From: Cyanophora paradoxa CCMP329
Taxonomy: Eukaryota; Plantae; Glaucophyta
Assembly: GCA_004431415.1 (NCBI GenBank)
Contig: QPMI01000658.1
Span: 124,001-188,000, forward strand
Reading direction: 5' to 3'
Length of the DNA stretch: 64,000 bases
The notes under the pieces were generated by a model that was not told the origin of the DNA, did not search any database, and saw only the letters and a program-made list of their open reading frames with translations. How positions within the stretch are numbered: the first letter of the stretch is position 1; each line of letters opens with the position of its first letter. Made by a program: the position numbers and the translations under genes. This document shows positions 61,964-64,000 of this stretch, piece after piece.

Positions 61964-64000
61964 GCTAGCGCTGCGTCGTAGGCGCGTTAGCGAGAATGGC
62001 CCCTGAATCGGTTGCAGAGGAGGTCAAGCGTAGTTTACGATGGCCAGCGATACATATACGCGCAAGGCGGTACGCGCTTGGCCGTGCTTCGAATTCGCTT
62101 AAGCTTTCACTGCCGATTAGCGTCGACGTACTAAGTTCGTTCATGCTCAATGACAGGATACCATCCCGCGGACGGATCCCTCAAAAATTCTGTTCTACGT
62201 TTTGGTGCGCGAGCATTCGCAATCGCCGCAGGCTTAGGTCACGAACGTTGAATGGCTTTACCCCCAGATCTTCAAACCCTTGCCGGGACCGCGGTGTGGA
62301 CCAGCGCATCTGACCGCAAGAGAAACGCGCAATGCGCAGTGCGTAATCTAATGCATCTGCTTTGTTACGAAGCCACCGCGGATGATGACGACTCGCGCGT
62401 TGTTGTAGGGCTACCATGACGGCAAGATAGCTTTCACGGGCGGTCACGGCGGATCATTCAGGAACGGTGAGGCATAGCTTGAGCGCTTATATATTAAGCT
62501 TGCAATTGCATCCGCTGGACGCCAACGACTTCCGTTCGTTCCAGACCTGGCCCTGTTTGACACTACCGGCAACACGTGGTCGACGAAGTTTGCAGAGGCG
62601 GCCGACTCCGGTGCCATCGGAGAAGGGCGCATCTGCGCGATCCTCGGCGTTTGGCGGCGGGACGCCAGCGTGTCCCTGACCGGAATGAGGTAGGTTCTAG
62701 ATGCGAAGACCGACTCGCGTTTTCGCCGAATGGACCCAATTGAGAGACGGCTCAGATACGCCAACCTTTCGGGTTCCCCGACCGCTTGGACGAACCCCTA
62801 CTCCGGCTCGCCGACTGTCCCGCCGTCCCGAATGTTTCCCTGGTTTGTTGTAAGATCCGAGCGACCATGCGGCTGTCGCCAATTTAATTTGATCATGGAG
62901 CTTAAGACTGGATCTAGAGAGATTATATTAAAACGTTTCGAGCGCAGGCACTGGGTGATGACGGTGAACTCGTACCCGATGTGGGTGCGGCCGGCCGCTT
63001 GTTTGTATCTTAACTAGCTTTCGGCCCCCGTTCTGAATTGATCTCCGTTCACCTCATGATCAGGTCGTCGTCGGAGGGTTCGAAAAACAGTCGGGGCCGA
63101 AGTTCTACACTCGAACCGACGCTTGGGTATATCCGCATTCAAATTTGAGCGTCTTCATTAATCGGTATCGTACACACTGACAAATGCGGCAGGTTTTCAG
63201 GCGCCGGCCCCGTGCGTTTATCTTTTCGTAACTGCTCCGGACATCGAAATTAAAGTACGTCGCGATTTAGAGCTTTAAAGCTCACTGTCCTTCAGATTGT
63301 ATGAACGTCTGTGGTTCAAGCGGGTGGCAGAAGCTGAACGTCAGCGGCGCGTTCCCGATGACAGCAGGTTCGAATTCGTCTAGGACGGCTCGCGATCGCC
63401 AGTCATTACCACCTGTACGCGAGCTCATTCGTCTCCTTCCCGCTTTGCAGAGGGCGCAGGGGGGTATTTCCCTTCCCTCAAACGCGCCTATCTGTTTGGA
63501 GGACGGACTCGGACTGCCGGGGGCAATTATTATGCCTACGAACTCGTCAACGATCTCTACCAGATTGACGTCTCAGGTGCAATGCGTGATTCTAGATCTA
63601 TAGTGTAGCGACGTGCGCGAAAGCGGTCTAACCTCGCGGCAGTCTCCTCCGACTGTCCCTGCTCCCGGCGCCGGCTCACGGAACAAGACGACTCTATGCA
63701 TACGGAATCCTCCGCCAAGGCCGGCCGCGCGCTGCTGCAGGACGGCGGTTTGTTGAGCGCGTTAAAGAATTTATCGTCCTTGATGCTGGGCGCAGAGCCG
63801 GACCCGAGCTTCGTGACGACGGAGAACCCCGTCGACATGCGGCTTGCGGCGGCCGCGAACGCGACCAGCGGGCCAGAGGACCCGACCGCGCTCCTCAGCG
63901 CCGACGCGGAGCGCTACGACACCAGGTGGACCATGGACCGGCAGGCGACGCTCGCCGCGCTCGAGCCGCAGGCCCGCAAGTCCCTCGAAGCCCTGTCCGG
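61964..64000 (+). repeat. Tandem amplicon unit 3 (partial; truncated Kelch-region exons)
   Basis: Same junction as 46358. Lacks the 46723 poly-T insertion and has a private 6-bp insertion near 63201. Confidence 0.95.

Noticed and set aside
33134-64000. Single-base frameshifts differing between units (e.g. AAGTCCTCG vs AAGTCCCTCG)
   Set aside because: Nearly all are in homopolymers, consistent with long-read consensus error. Not taken as programmed frameshifting or decay.

Overview
GC-rich, intron-dense eukaryotic DNA with short GT/GC-AG introns. The style resembles a protist or alga such as the glaucophyte Cyanophora, but this is inference only. Most ORF-track entries are exon fragments or GC-rich shadow ORFs, so genes were reconstructed by hand. 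Left half: a TmcB-like multi-pass gene (-), an HRDC+RING gene (-), a hypothetical gene (+), a defective intron-containing pogo element, and a secreted polycystin/REJ-like gene ending in a Cys-free GAIN/GPS motif (HL|TDFA) plus a GPI-type tail. Next comes an intergenic zone (24.7-27.3 kb) holding an inverted paralog relic, two TIR elements and many stereotyped palindromic scars (XYZ-C-revcomp-G-XYZ) that look like hairpin-mediated excision footprints. A giant type I surface-protein gene follows (FN3, Kelch, beta-helix, TM; 27.4-39.8 kb). Right half: a head-to-tail ~13.2 kb amplicon (units start at 33134, 46358 and 61964). It truncates both flanking genes and apparently carries one small Cys-rich gene whole. 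Unit 2 carries private insertions whose empty sites are visible in unit 1: a Helitron2/Helentron-like element, a poly(A) retro-insertion, a poly(A)-only insertion and an exon duplication. No rRNA, tRNA or CRISPR array was recognised.
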